From assembly GCA_951406725.2 (NCBI GenBank), contig OX597823.1:104842001-104906000 (forward strand): a stretch of 64,000 nt of DNA. The letters run 5' to 3'. The stretch is from Octopus vulgaris (Eukaryota). A program made the translations under genes and the position numbers. Below the pieces are notes generated by a model. It saw only the letters and a list, made by a program, of their open reading frames with translations. It was not told the DNA's origin and did no database searches. Below, piece by piece: positions 41,646-56,406 of this stretch (position 1 is the stretch's first letter; each line of letters opens with the position of its first letter).

Positions 41646-42337
41646 CTCTTGCAGGTCTAATATCATGTGTAGCACTGTTTGCTTACATTGACAACAGGAG
41701 TGATGAGTATGATGGCAGTGATGTTGATGATGACAATGATGATGATAATGACAACAATGGTGGTGATGATGATAACAGTAATGATGGTGATGGTGATGAT
41801 GATGATGATGACGATGAAGACAACAATGATGATGATGATGATTCGTTCACTCCTCTTTGACATATTGGCATTAAAAGTTGGTAGAAATAAGAAATTTGAA
41901 CACTTCTCTCATAGTGCCAACTCAGAAACACACTCTAGACAAAAAAAATCACAACATGTAGTTCTACCATAATTCTAGTTGCATGCTGCAATAGCACATA
42001 ACTGGGCAATGAAGAATAAATAGTTAATAATAGACAGCTAAAAGATTTCAACAGAATATTTTTGAATTCCTCAAATTTGTGCCAATTCTTCAAATGTTTA
42101 GAAACTAGCTCCACTCAGCAGGTGTTGTGAATGTTTGAGATTTGTTTGTTTAGCAGAAAACAAACAACAAATTTATGTCAAGAAATGGTGAGAAGCAGGA
42201 AGATGAATTGGATGCTAGAATTGCAGATGCTGGCACAGTAAGGCACCAGCTCCAGCATTTGATTTTCAGAAGATGAGGGGTCAGTAAAAAGAACTTATCT
42301 TCAGCTTGGGGTTTGTGCCTATCCTCCCTAATGGATA

Positions 42338-43927
42338 TTAACCTTTAGCATGCTGTAGGTGCATCATCTTCCCTGTAGCTGCAGGTGTATTGTGTTGCAT
42401 TGAGAGGGGTGCTTAAAATAAACACTTTACAAAATTTATTTCCTGTAATTTAAGCTGGAAACAGCCTACTTTTCATTCAGAACAAGGCGAAACTTTTGTT
42501 TTCTCCCACCATTTGGATTGTTTTTCTTTCAACATGCGGTACAGAATTTTTTCATTTGAACATAGCATTTTTTTTTTATTCTCTTTGGACAAAAATACCT
42601 GCTCCTGCATTTGACAAAGCGTTTCTTGAAGAAATCTTCTTTGATTCAGACTCTGGAGATGATTTTGAGGAATTTACTCAGGCAGATTTTGATGGTGAAT
42701 TGGTCAGAGGTAATGGTGAGAATGATGACAGTGGTGATAGTGATAGTGAGAATGATGTACTTTGTGAAAACTATCATCCATGGCTGATTGATTTTAAGGT
42801 AAGTACTGGGCTCCAAACAGGTACCTGGTGGCATTTCTGAGGGGGAACTCTTTCGTTTTTTCAAGAATAATTAAACAATAACTTTGTCAATGACACAAAT
42901 ATATATGTTTGCCAAGCAAAGGCAAAAAGAGAAGGGCAAATGCTGGTTCCCACTCATACATCAACATGTAGAATCATGTCACTTTTGATGAAATGAAGGT
43001 ATTTGTAACAATTTTGTTTCTGACTGGACTTGTTAAACTCTCATCATTTAATTTGCACTGGTTCACTGATTTTATTGAGATGTCAGGCTTCAGACACCCG
43101 AGCAACAGACAGGTTTCTTAGAAACCTGTCCTTTACCCATCTTTCAAACAACTTGACAGCAAAACTGAGAAATCATCCTGAGCATGGTAGAGCACATAAG
43201 ATCTGGTCACTTTTTGAAAAACTTGTGCCACTTAGGCAGAGATTCTTTCATCCTGGGAAAGAACTTAAAGTGGATAAAAGTATGATTCTTTTCAAAGGAA
43301 AAAACAGGCCTACTGAACTACATACCAAGCAAAACCAACCAAGTGGGGCTTGAAAGACTAGGGGCTAGCTGACATGAAAACTGGCTGCATCCACAATTGG
43401 CAGACTTGCTTGGGTTGAGAAACAGCCCAGGCACCAAGGGCACTTGGTATTGCACATAAAGTGGTTTCCCCTCTTTCAGAGAATGTCCAGAATAAGGAAC
43501 ATATTATTTATATCGACAATTGTTTCTCTTTACCTGCATTATTTCATGACTTGGCCCAACATGGACAGAAGCATGTGCACACTACACGCAAACCACCAGA
43601 GCATGCCAAATGAAATCAAAGCAGGAAGACCCCAAGCAGGCAAGCACCCCACCCTCATCACACTTAGAGATGGATACATTTTGCATATTTCCTGGTTTGA
43701 CAAAAAGCCAGCAAATCTTCGAACAACTATCCACTCTGCTGAGACCTTCAGAAAAGAAGTTTAATTGAAACATCATGAAGTTCATACCAGGATTGTATAC
43801 AACCCTTATGCTGGGCAATTCTACTCACTGCACATGGGGTGAGAGGTGGTGGGAGGTAGACAGAGCAAACAAACAGATGATATACTACCTGGTGCTGCAA
43901 AGCCTTGTGAATGGATTTGATATGAAC

Positions 43928-43974
<47 letters not shown>

Positions 43975-44780
43975 TATGCATGTGTCTTTGTGTTTGTATT
44001 TGCCCCCCCCCCCCACTGCTTGATAATCAATATTGGTGTATCTACATCCTCATAACTTAGTGGCTTGACGAAAGAGACCGATAGAATAAGTACCTGGTTT
44101 ATCAAGAAAAATTAAGTACTGGGGTCAAATTCATTCAATTGAGAATTCTTCAAGGTGGTGCCCCTGCATGGCCACAGATATACCACGTGGTGGGAAAAGT
44201 TTTCTTTTATCTTTTTGAAATATCTTTCTGTAAGCCCTGGTCATTTGAAAGCCTAGTCAGCCTGTGGGGTCAATGCTGAAAAGTTCAGGCTGAGAATTGT
44301 GCATTCTCTACTGGAAGGCTACCAGTCAGGTGTGTCTCATAGGAGAGGTAGAAGGACAAAAGATCCTTCTACATACACTAGAAAAGTTGATATTAATAGA
44401 AAACCACCTTATCATCAACTCCAGGTGCCTGAAATTGCCCAGATTGTGTTGTATGTGCAAACCAAGACAAGAAGTGCCACCAGACCCAGTTCATGTAGGG
44501 AAAGTGTGATGTGGCACTCTGCCTATAGCCCTGATTCCAAAGGTACCACAGTCTGATGAATTACAAGGTAAACTTCATCTCAGAACATCGACACTGATAA
44601 AAGTATGGCAACATATTTGTGTTTTTTGCTTTTGTGTTTATCTTTAAATGTCAAAACATGCCTGCAGGACATAATGCATTGCATCAAAATATTCCTCATC
44701 CATTTCTTTATCAGTCTACAAAAGCTCAAGTTTGTACACACAACAGAAAGAACAGTCATAAAAATGTTTTAAACAGTATA
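42338..44780 (+). pseudogene. Decayed piggyBac transposase element
   Basis: TTAA-cc left end; acidic N-terminus DSDSGDDFEEF; FFHPGKELKVDKSMILFKGK, PSKTNQ/KWGLK, HIIYIDNCFS, ISWFDKKPANLRTTIHS; Cys-rich tail; interrupted by a SINE at about 43930-44180. Confidence 0.85.
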
Positions 44781-45420
44781 GGTGCAGGTGTGGCTGTGTG
44801 GTAAGAAGCTTGTTTTCCAACCACATGGTTCCAGGTTCAGTCCCATTGTATGACAACTTGGGTAAGTGTTTTCTACTCTAGCCTTGGGTCGACTAAAGCC
44901 TTGCGAGTGGATTTGGTAGATGGAAACTGAAAGAAGCCCGTTGTATATATATATATATCATCATCATCATCATCATCATCGTTTAACGTCCGTTTTCCGT
45001 GCTAGCATGGGTTGGACGGTTCGACCGGGGTCTGAGAAGGCAGGAGGCTGCACCAGGCTCCAGTCTGATCTGGCAGTGTTTCTACAGCTGGATGCCCTTC
45101 CCAACGCCAACCACTCCGTGAGTGTAGTGGGTGCTTTTTACGTGCCACTGGCACGAGTGCCAGGGAAGGCTGGCAGTGGCCATGATCGGTTGGTGTATGT
45201 GTCTTTGTACCTGTGTCTGTTCCCCCACACCACTCGACAAATGGTGTCGGTTTGTTTACATCCCTGTAGCTTAGCATTTCAGCATAAGAGGCCGATAAAA
45301 TAAGTACTAGGCTTTAAAAAAAAAATCCTGGGCTCAATTTGTTTGGTTAAAACTCTTCAAGGTGGTGCTCCAGCATGGCCACAGTCAAATCACTGAAACA
45401 AGAAAAAAAAAAAGAATAGT
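44780..45420 (+). mobile_element. SINE family C, split by an RTE 3' repeat (44957-45195, minus strand)
   Basis: ggtgcaggtgtggctgtgtggtaag...ggttcagtccca head and ccagcatggccacagtcaaat tail. Confidence 0.7.
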
Positions 45421-45629
45421 AGGTGATCATGTTTTTTGATCTTGAAAAACAAAAGCAAGAAAAAAAAAACACAAAAAAAAAATGCAAAAGCAGGGAAAAG
45501 AATTCTAGAGAAAATGGAGTGTCCCAAAGGTTGGGTAATGACCAAATGAATATGGTCACAAATTCAAATGGCCAAAATGGGGTTCCTCTGAAGGAGCTCT
45601 GGACTGACATTCCAAGACAGGATGTGTAG

Positions 45630-45920
45630 CATGGAGATCAGAATGTATCTCTTGGTCAAGCTGCTACTTCTCTGCATTGAGCGGTCACAGTTCCAGTTCT
45701 ACAGACATGTGGCTTGAGTGTCACAGGAAAGAATCATTAGACGGATTCTTCAAGCCAAGTGAAACAGCAGGAGACCCAGGAGTAGACCAAGAACAAGATG
45801 GTTAGATAATATCCATAGCGAGTGTCAATTAGTTGTACTTTCAGAATCCAGCCAATAAGTCTAATGATGGTTGCTTCTGATAGGACCCTATGGAGGAGGC
45901 AACTGAGGACTATCCCCCCC
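45630..45920 (+). mobile_element. RTE-like LINE C-terminal fragment (different family)
   Basis: QFYRHVA..QERIIRRILQAK...RRPRSRPRTRWLDNI. Confidence 0.55.
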
Positions 45921-47350
45921 ATGACCTGGCTAGAAATTGTAGGTGGAAGAGATGGATGGATGGTTAGTGATTTGTTACCTTTGCATGCCATGTAGCTAAG
46001 AAACATCCTGATTGCAAGCATGGATCTATGGTTAAGAAACTTGTTTTCCAGTCATGTGGCCCAAGGTTTTATCCTAGTGGCTAAGTCAAGGATCTTCGAC
46101 TGGAGCCTAATAATTTGGAAACTGTGTGAAAGCCCCATCATAAATGTGTGTGTGTGCGTGCAACTGTTTGTGTCTCACTGCTTAACCACCAGGGACTGGT
46201 TAGTTTGTTTATGTCCTTGAGACTTGGCAGTTCAGCAAAAAGACACAGATGAAATAAATACCAGATTGAAAAAAAAAAGTATTGTATGGTCAGTTTGATT
46301 TGATTAATGAAATGGGTTGGAGGGTTCGACCGGGGTCTGAGAAGCCAGGAAGCTGCACCAGGCTCCAGTCTGATCTGGCAGTGTTTCTACAGCTGGATGC
46401 CCTTCCTAACGCCAACCACTCCATGAGTATAGTGGGTGCTTTTTACATTCCACTGGCACGAGTGCCAGGGGAGGCTGGCCGTGGCCACGATCGGTTGGTG
46501 TATGTGATGCTCCAGAATGGCTGTAGCCAAATGACGGAAACAATTCAAGGAAAAAAAAAATATAGTTGGAAAAAATCCAATATCTGTTTAGACAACATTT
46601 CCTGTAGAACTGTCGTTACATTATATACATTAGTTTAACAAATGTATCTATTTTTATCCTTTATCAAGATGCCTAGTTGATTGGAACCTAGTATTTCTCA
46701 TACAAATTCATCTTTTAAAACCTCTCTCTCTTTTCCCTCTGTCTCTTATCTCCTTGTTAGATTCATTAATTTCCAGTCATCTTAACCGTTACACTTGAAC
46801 GAGCCTTTAGCTGTTGTGTTTATAAAGTTGCATCTTCCACTTATAATCAATTGCACACTTCACTAACTGCATCGCCATCTTCATCTGTTTCACCAATTGT
46901 CCTCTAATGGAAGATGACAATGATGATGATGATGATGATGATGGGCAGGCAGGTTAGTTGGAGGGGAGAGGAGAGGAGATAAATATTTTCCATTTCTCTT
47001 GAGGGGTGGAAGAAGTGCTAAAGAACCCTTGACTGATTACTGAAAGCCTTATCAGATCAAATTGACATTGGTTACATTTTCTTCCTCTAAATCTTCTTCT
47101 TTCCTCACTCTCTTTCTTCTCTCACTTTACTCCTCTCTCTCTTCCTCTGTCTCCTACACACCCTCCTACCTCATATATTTGTGTCAACACCCTCAGAATT
47201 CGATCAATATGAACATTATATGATGCAACTCTAATATTCATATAAACCTCAAGTTTTTTTCCTTCTTTATGTTCAAATAAATATACTTTGAGCGATAATA
47301 CTTTTCTGCAGTCATACTTAACACCTGTATCCTACACCTCTCTCTCTCTT

Positions 47351-47386
<36 letters not shown>

Positions 47387-47521
47387 TCTCTCTCATTACG
47401 TATATTTCCATATATAACCTATACTGAACTGTTTCAAAATTATTGCAACTCAATTTAAAAGCCGACACCTAGGTCTCTTGTGGAATAAATTTTCTCTCTC
47501 ACTTTTTTTTGCTTTTTTTAG

Positions 47522-47560
47522 CTAAAGCCAGATATATTCTTTAATGCTTCGATAACTAAG
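47522..47560 (+). CDS. Candidate 39-nt host microexon (LKPDIFFNASITK); gene unknown
   Basis: Long polypyrimidine tract with AG at 47520-21, AAG|GTAATA donor, length divisible by 3, only one open frame. Confidence 0.25.
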
Positions 47561-48809
47561 GTAATAACAAATGACAGAACTCTTCTGTTAGTGTTCATTA
47601 TTATATTCTTTGGTTTAGATTTGAAAAGCAATTTCTCAGACAACCAGCTGCTACTTTTTGATAAGATTAAACATATTTCTTTTGTTTTTGGTGTTTTTTT
47701 AATGACTTTTGTATATATATATTTTTTGTTCATTCCTATAATAGAGCTTAAGTGGTTCCTCTCTTTTCTCTTTTTTTTTGTTCTTGTTCTTTTACTTTTT
47801 TAGCAGTTTTACCATTTTTTTTTTGTAGTTTTTATTCCTTTTTTCTGCTAGCAGATTGGTATAATATGGATGTATTTCTTATTGTTTTCATCATATAACC
47901 GCCCTTCATCACCAGCATCACCATCAATATCACCCTCCACTTCTTCCTCCTCCTTCTCATCACCATCATCACCACCATCAGTATTCTTCTCCTCCCTCAC
48001 CTCATCACCTCTCGTTGTCATCATCATCATCATCGTTGTTGTTGTCATCATTGTCATCATTGTTGCTGTCGTCATTGTCATCGTCATCATTATCATCATC
48101 ATCATAATCACCAGTATTCTTCTCTTCCTTCTCCTCCTCCTCATCAGTCAATCAATCAATCACTCATAATAATTAGTTGGTTAAATCAATAATAAAGTGT
48201 CAGTCTGCAGGTTAAAAGGTTGATCATTTGTTTCCTTATGTCAATGGCTCCACACCCTACACAAGACCAAATCATAACCCTAACCCGCTGTCCAAGAATT
48301 TGGACCTGGAGATCTTCATTTTCAGCGACTTTGAGGGCCACCTCCCAGTGGTGTCAGGCGTCAACGAAGAGCCCTCGACTACAACAAGACAACCAAAGTT
48401 GTTTTTTTTTCCAAGGTCTGGGGTCTCCCGCCCCTAAGCCCTAGACCATCATCTAATCACCCTTACCCATCTTGTTGCTTAACAACAACAACAACAACAA
48501 TAACCCTAACCCTAATCAACCCTTCCCAACCCACTCTATTTGGCTGCAAATATGCTCCCTACAGAAATATAGTTCATTGTAACAAAAAAGGGGATGTTTC
48601 ATAATTAACATATATTATTTTAATTACCTTGCAATGCTGAGATCAAGTCCTGAAGAAAATTTTGACAACCCGCTTTGGTATTTATGCAGAGTACAATCTA
48701 CCATATTGGATTTGGGCCCTGGGTTATGGTTATGGACTATATATGAAGGCTTGTGTTCAACAGCCCAACCCACATTAAGTAGGATCATATATATATAATA
48801 TCACCTTGA

Positions 48810-49113
48810 TCACCGTGACCGACCAGGCTATAAAATGTTGCTACACATCACTGGTCACAATGCGTTTTGCATTGTTTTAGCCTTCAAATGATGCCACTCC
48901 GCTGGCTAAGCAAGCAGGCCAACAGAAGAAAGAGTGAGAGAAAGATGTGGCGAAAGAGTACAGCAGGGATCGCCACCACCCCCTGCCGGAGCTTCGTGGA
49001 GCTTTTAGGTGTTTTTGCTCAATAAACACTCACAACACCTGGTCTGGGAATCCAAATCGTGATCCTACAATTGCGAGTTCGCTGCTCTAACCACTGGGCC
49101 ATTGCGCCTCCAC
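48810..49113 (-). mobile_element. tRNA-derived SINE family D
   Basis: Closely similar to 7683-7977. Confidence 0.8.
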
Positions 49114-49407
49114 TATATATAATATAGTGAGTTGAAAAAACTGATTTACTGAGATCATCCATGCAACTAGTAGAAGGATCCCCCCCCCAAGGTAGGGGTG
49201 CTTGAAATCTAGAAAAAACAACAAACAAGGTGATTAGCTTCAATGAAGTTTTTCAAAATTGAATTCAGTGGCTGATAGTTGTGGATTTTGTCTTTAAAGG
49301 CATTTGAAGCAAAAAATGGGCTGCAGATTCAGTGCTGTTACATCTCCCCAGAAAAGTATATTCTATGCAGTATGACTTTTAAATGATCAAAATGTGTGTG
49401 TTGTGTG

Positions 49408-49485
<78 letters not shown>

Positions 49486-50361
49486 TTGTATATCTGTATA
49501 TATTTGCATATATATATATATATGTATATGTAAAAAATACAAACTGGGACAAGAACGCAAAACATTTAGAAGACGATACAAAAAACACGGACAGGACATT
49601 CGAAGCCTTCAGTCAAGAACTGGATCATCCTTGCAATTTCGGCTGATTAATCTTGAGATCGCTCCGATACGGCCAGCCCCAAGGAAAAACTAAGCTACGA
49701 GCATTCTTGGAAAAAGGATCGAATGTATACGAAACAAGGACAGAAAAATGGACGATGCCACACGAATATAAAAACAAAAACCAATAATAGCAATAACAGG
49801 ACATATATATATATATCAAAAATCAAATGGAAATTGTAGTTGTGATACCTGTACTGGTGGCATGTAAAAAGCACTACTTTGACTGGCTTCTGTGCCGGTG
49901 GCACGTAAAAAGCACCAACCAATTGTGGCCACTGCCAGCCTCCCCTGGCCCCTGTGCCGGTGGCACGTAAAAAGCACCCACTATACTCACGGAGTGGTTG
50001 GCATTAGGAAGGGCATCCAGCTGTAGAAACTCTGCCAGATTAAGATTGGAGCCTGGTGCAGCCTCCTGGCTTCCCAGAGCCTGGTCGAACCGTCCAACCC
50101 ATGCTAGCATGGAAAACGGACGTTAAATGATGATGATGATGATTATATCTTTTAAATTTGTCTATGGGACATGTTTTGAATATGCAAATAAAGCTCCTAT
50201 TCTATTATGCTGACCACAGTCTAACGATGCTGACTGGTGAACCAGTTGTACATCCATTAAGGCTGTACATCTATTAATGACATATCACCTGAAGAAATGA
50301 ATCCACAAAGAGGATCAACCTGATGCCCACGGATATTATGGACTGCTCTGTAATCAACAGC

Positions 50362-50738
50362 AAACAACGTGAAATAAGGAAACAAATGAGTTCAATACAC
50401 AAACAACGAGAGAAACAAATGGAAAACAGAACAAGTAACATCAGTTGTCAGCTGTATATCTGCTCCTCATTTTGAGCATTGAACGACAATATGGGTTTTC
50501 GAAGACAGTTGCTCCCATAAGTACCAGAATAAAATTTGGGTCAAAGTTGGGATCAAAAACAGGACAGTTGAGACATACAAGGAAACCGAATGAAAACAAA
50601 CATAGAGGGTCGTTTGAGGAGTAGACAGACAACTGACAACTGATGAAGGGTCGTTCCTTATGCTACTTATCCTGTCTTCCATTTATTTCTCTCGTTGTTT
50701 GTGTATTAAACTCATTTGTTTTGTATTTCATGTTGTTT
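50362..50738. mobile_element. Fold-back element with ~110-125-bp inverted arms, possibly Penelope-like
   Basis: aacaaatgagttcaatacacaaacaacgagagaaa...tcagttgtcag is the reverse complement of ctgacaactga...tttctctcgttgtttgtgtattaaactcatttgtt. Confidence 0.75.
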
Positions 50739-50758
50739 ACTGTTGGTGACGTCCTTTA

Positions 50759-50850
<92 letters not shown>

Positions 50851-51794
50851 TTGATAGATAGATAGATAGATGTGTGTGTATAAGTATATATGGAAATGTA
50901 TATGTATGTATATATGTATATATATATATATGAATATATATATATGTGTGTGTGTGTGTGTGTATATATGTGTATGTGTGTGTGTATATATATAATTGTT
51001 ATTATTATTATTATCATCATTATTATTATTATTATTGTTGTTGTTGTTGTTGTTGTTGTTATTATTGTTATTATTATTAAGGTGGTAAGCTGGGAGATTT
51101 ATTAGTTCACTGTCTTTACATTCTGAGTTCAAATTCTGTTGAGAATAACTTTGCCTTTCAGGCTTGATAAATTAGGAATATATATATATATATATATATA
51201 TATTTACTTATCCATAGATTTATGTTTCTTTTCTTTTTCTTCTTCCTCTCCTTGATGTATTTTTCTTTTTCTATCCTGATGCATTTAAACTGCTAAAAGT
51301 TTTCTGATTAACATAATCCTTGGTGATTTTTGTAAACACTGGTTGTATATGAATTTGATTTTAATTAACTTAATTTAAATTAAATTCATTATGTATTACT
51401 ATTATGTAATTATACATCTGGTGGTCTTTATCTTAATGTAACAGCTGCTGACCACAATTAAAGTGTGAACAATATGTAATGTTTATGCTTTTCTGGTTTT
51501 ATGCTAAACATGTTGCTCTTGAAGATCTTTCTTAGCTGATTATGAATATATACACAAGTTGAGCTCTTAATTACAGTGAGCTTATTCTTTGATGTTTATA
51601 CATCATCTCTCTATATGGATATACATCTATACAAACATACCTATATACATACATACGTATGTACGTACATACATATATGTATACATATATATATACGTAT
51701 ACATTGATGATGATGATATATATAATCATCAGGCACTGTCCACATGGTATAATATATATATATATACATATATATTTGCGTGCAGGAGAGAAGA

Positions 51795-52310
51795 TTGCGT
51801 TGGTATTGTCATGTACTATAAATGGATGAGGAGAGATGTGTGAAGAAGTGCCACTCCCAAACTGTTGAAGGACTCCGGGGTAGAGGTAGACCCAGGAAGA
51901 CATGGGACAAGGTGGTCAAGCATGACCTTCGTACTCTGAGTCTCACAGAGGCTATGACAAAAGACCGAGACCTCTGGAGATATGCTGTGACTTCGAAGAT
52001 CCGACAAATGAAGTGAACTCATGGCTCGCAGGATGGTCTGCTGTGCTAACCTTGGATTGTAGAGTGACCCGTAAAAGCACCAACTGATCATGGCCATTTG
52101 CCAGCCTGCTCTGGCCTCTGTGCCGATGGCATGTAAAAAACACCTACCACACTAATGGAGTGGTTGGCGTTAGGAAGGGCATCCAGCTGTAGAAACATGG
52201 CCAAATCAGACTAGAGCCTGGTGCAGCCTCCATGGCTTCCAGATCCCAGTCGAATCGTCCAACCTGTGCTAGCATGGAAAACGGACGTTAAACGATGATG
52301 ATGATGATGA
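51795..52310 (+). mobile_element. RTE LINE 3' end: ORF C-terminus, UTR and (GAT)n tail
   Basis: MDEERCVKKCHSQTVEGLRGRGRPRKTWDKVVKHDL...DRDLWR followed by the common UTR motif. Confidence 0.85.
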
Positions 52311-53050
52311 TATTTATATATCAAAACAAAGAGGAATAAGGGGTTAGTAATCCAGTCAAAATACTTCTTAAGCTCTTCGTAGATGAAGATACATTAGTCT
52401 GCAACTTCTAGTATTTCAAGAAGAATATTGATCACATCAATTTCACTTGTCTCACATGATCTGTGAAGGCCATTAGCACAACCATTTCTTGATTAAATCA
52501 TAAAAAGAAAAGGGGGAAAAAATCATAAGTCAGTGTAGAGAAATGCATGAATATCATTATTTCAAACGAATATAATATAATTAGTAGACATGATTGGTTA
52601 TAATAAAGCCAAAAAGTTGAGTAGATTTTTACAATTCAGTGAGATAAAGGAAAATTATTAATGCCATAGTTAAGTACGCGACGATAAATTACAGAGGAAA
52701 GAAAGCCTGAAAATGTATCATGTCTGTGTTTTTCAAGAGATTTGGTTATTTAAGTGAAATGAAATGATGTGAAGCCAAGTCAAGTGAAAGGAATTTTAGA
52801 AATATAAAACTGTGTGACTGACTTTTAACATTCTTGGATCTGGCCTCTCTAGTTTAGCTGTAATTGCCAGTAAGCATCTTGAGTTTTGTGATAGGCACAT
52901 GTGATCCATGCATGCTGCAAGACACAATTGGAAAGGTTGGTATCAAAAAGGGCATCTGGCAGCAAAAAAAATCTTTGGGCTAAAAAGTCACATCCAACTC
53001 ATGCCAGCATGGAAAAGCAAATATAAAAAATGATGTTGTTGTTGTTGTTT

Positions 53051-53088
<38 letters not shown>

Positions 53089-53691
53089 ATAAACTATTGA
53101 TTCCTCCTATAAATAAATTGTCTAAATGTCTACAAAGATATTGATTTCTCAACATTGGTACAAGACTAGAAATTTGTTTTGTGAAGAAGAAGAAGGGGAG
53201 GAGTATGGCCATTCGAATTAGCTTTGGCTTCCTCGTCTTGAGTACATTTCTGGTGCCCAGTTTTACTGAAACTCGAGGAAGGAAAGACAAAGTTGTCCTT
53301 GTTGAGATTTAAATTTAGAAGGCAGATGGATGGAACTCAGCACTAAAAGCTTGCTGCTACACAGTCTGTTTTCTCTCCCTTACTGCTTAGCTAGGGGAAT
53401 GGTAAGGCATGAGGTTTAGTAGTTGAGGGGTTTTTAGATTGAGCAGTGTACTGTGTCCTTAGGCGAGGTACTTCACTTCATGTCGTCCCTATCCACTCTG
53501 CCAGGAAAGTTTATCAGCTGTAGCTGAGCGTTAACCTTCTGAGAGACTAGCATCTCATTCAGTGGTGAGGGGTAGGGTTGATTCTTGTTCTCTTGAAAAT
53601 CCAGATAAATTCTGATGTTATGAGCCAGTTAGCTTCAAGAAGGCATTAATCATAGAATGTAAGGTAGCAGTCATAAACTTTTTACAGATCA

Positions 53692-53874
53692 TAGGCACAG
53701 GCATGGCTGTGTGATAAGAAGCTTGCTTCATAACCACATGGTTCTGGGTTCAGTCCCACTGTGTGGCACCTTGGGCAATTGTCTTCTATTATATATTTGG
53801 GTTGACCAAAGCCTTGTGAGTGGATTTGTTAGAGGGAAACTGGAAGAAGCCCATTGTATATATGTGTGAATGTG

Positions 53875-53932
<58 letters not shown>

Positions 53933-54150
53933 TGTGTTTGTCCCCAACTGCCACTTGACAACCAGTATTGGTGTGTTTACATCCCCATAACTTAGTGGTT
54001 CGAGAAAAGTGACCAATAGATTAAGTACCAGTCTTAGCAAAAAAATTAAATATTGAGATCAATAAAAATTCAAATAAAAATTCTGCAAGTTGGTGCCAGC
54101 TCCAGCATGGCTGCAGTCTAATAACTGAAACAAGTAAAAGATAAAAGAGA
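53692..54150 (+). mobile_element. SINE family C, near full length, with internal (GT)n
   Basis: tRNA-like head, gcaccttgggcaa core, and ccagcatggctgcagtc...gaaacaagtaaaagat tail. Confidence 0.75.
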
Positions 54151-54361
54151 CCTAAGACTGGTTGGCCACCTCTAGGTTCAGTCCTTATTGTGGTTAGGTG
54201 ACTTATGTACCTCAGTGACTGAGAGTTATGCCCCTTAGAGTACAAGATCTTGGTAGGGCCTTCCAAGATGGACAGGTCAAAAGATAGGGGTCAGACTAAT
54301 ATATATATATACATATGTATATATATATATATAAATATATATATATACATATATATATGTG

Positions 54362-54401
<40 letters not shown>

Positions 54402-54583
54402 TATATATATACACACACATAGGCACAGGAGTGGCTGTGTTGTAAGTAGCTTGCTTACCAACCACATGGTCTTGGGTTCAATCCCACTTAGTGGCACCTT
54501 GAGCATGTGTCTTCTACTATGGCCTAGGGCCGACCAAAGCTTTGTGAGTGGATTTGGTAGACAGAAACTGAAAGAAGCCCATC

Positions 54584-54621
<38 letters not shown>

Positions 54622-54867
54622 ACATGTATATGTATGTATATGGCAAAAGAAAGATGAAATTTATTTTGAGGCAGATTTTCAACAACCAGATGCCCTTCCT
54701 GTTGTCAACCCTCACCTGTTTCCAAGCAAGGTAACATTTCCCCATAACCAGACATGTTTTTGGAGAACATTAGAAATGCATGACACTACTTGTATGACAA
54801 TGATTGTATCATTTACAACTACACATGATGACAATACAAAGCTACAAAACCTCACATGCACACACAT

Positions 54868-54927
<60 letters not shown>

Positions 54928-55185
54928 ATGCATGAACACACACACACATACACATGCACACCTACACACACACATACTCTCACTCTCTCTCACACACACA
55001 CACACACTCACTCTCTCTCACTCTGTCTCACACACACAAACACACACACACTCCATCTCTCCCTGTGTCTCTCTCTGTCTCTCTCTCACACACACACACA
55101 TACACACGCATGCACACCCACACATACACACACATCTACACACACACATACTTTTACTCTCTGTCTCTCTCAGTGTCTCGCTCTG

Positions 55186-55217
<32 letters not shown>

Positions 55218-55930
55218 GCGCACACACATACATAATGAGCTTTGTTTAGTTTCCACCTACGAAATCCCCTCACATGGCTTCAGTTGGCCTGGAGCTATGT
55301 CAGAAGACTCTTGCTCGAGGCGCCATGCAGCAGGACTGAACTAAAACCCTGTAGCTGGGAAGTAAACCTCTTAACCAGTTCTAATGTATTTAGCTGATAT
55401 CTCAAGATGCTATTCAACAAGATTCCTTAACTTTATGGAAACTTGAATGTCTCATGAACTTCTTCATCTTCTTGAATAATTTTCTTCTCAGTCTTGTAGG
55501 TTACTCTTTACTCTTTACTCTTTTACTCTTTTGCTTGTTTCAGTCATTTATTTGACTGTGACCATGCTGGAGCACCACCTTTAGTCGATCAAGCAAATCG
55601 CCCCCAGAACTTATTCTAGTATTTATTCTATTGGTCTCTTTTGTCGAACTGCTAAGTTACAGGGACGTAACCACACCAGCATCGGTTGTCAAGCAATGCT
55701 GGGGGGACAAACACAGACACACAAACATATACACACACATACATACATACCACGTAAAAAGCACCCACTACACTCACGGAGTGGTTGGCATTCGGAAGGG
55801 CATCCAGCCGTAGAAACATTGCCAGATCAGACTGGGCCTGGTACAGCCTTCTGGCTTCCCAGACCCTAGTTGAACCGTCCAACCCATACTAGCATGGAAA
55901 GCAGACGCTAAATGATGATGATGATGATGA

Positions 55931-55980
<50 letters not shown>

Positions 55981-56310
55981 GATTAAACTACAGATCCTTC
56001 TGTAGGAATTTGTTGCTCTATAACTCACGTGGATGGACAGGGGAGATGCAAAGCCTCATTCGTACGTTTTGAATTCGTTAGTACTGGTGGTCGAAGGTGG
56101 TTTGTCTGAGGTTACTCAAATCAGACAGGTATGTTCGATTTTTAGTGCTCTCAAATTTAAATTTAACGAAATCTTGGGCTGATGACGCTCGAAATGTTAA
56201 ACCCTCCTTCTTTCCTTCCTTCCTGAGCGTCCAATAATACTATATTTGTTCCACGTCCTCGCGTTGTTGTGTTTTCTCTTTGTGTTTTCATGTTTGGATT
56301 AACTTATACT

Positions 56311-56402
<92 letters not shown>

Positions 56403-56406
<4 letters not shown>

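Noticed and set aside
46850-46910. Minus-strand terminal exon RTIGETDEDGDAVSEVCN*
   Set aside because: The acceptor derives from a (CAT)n tract, there is no recognisable homology, and it is too short to support
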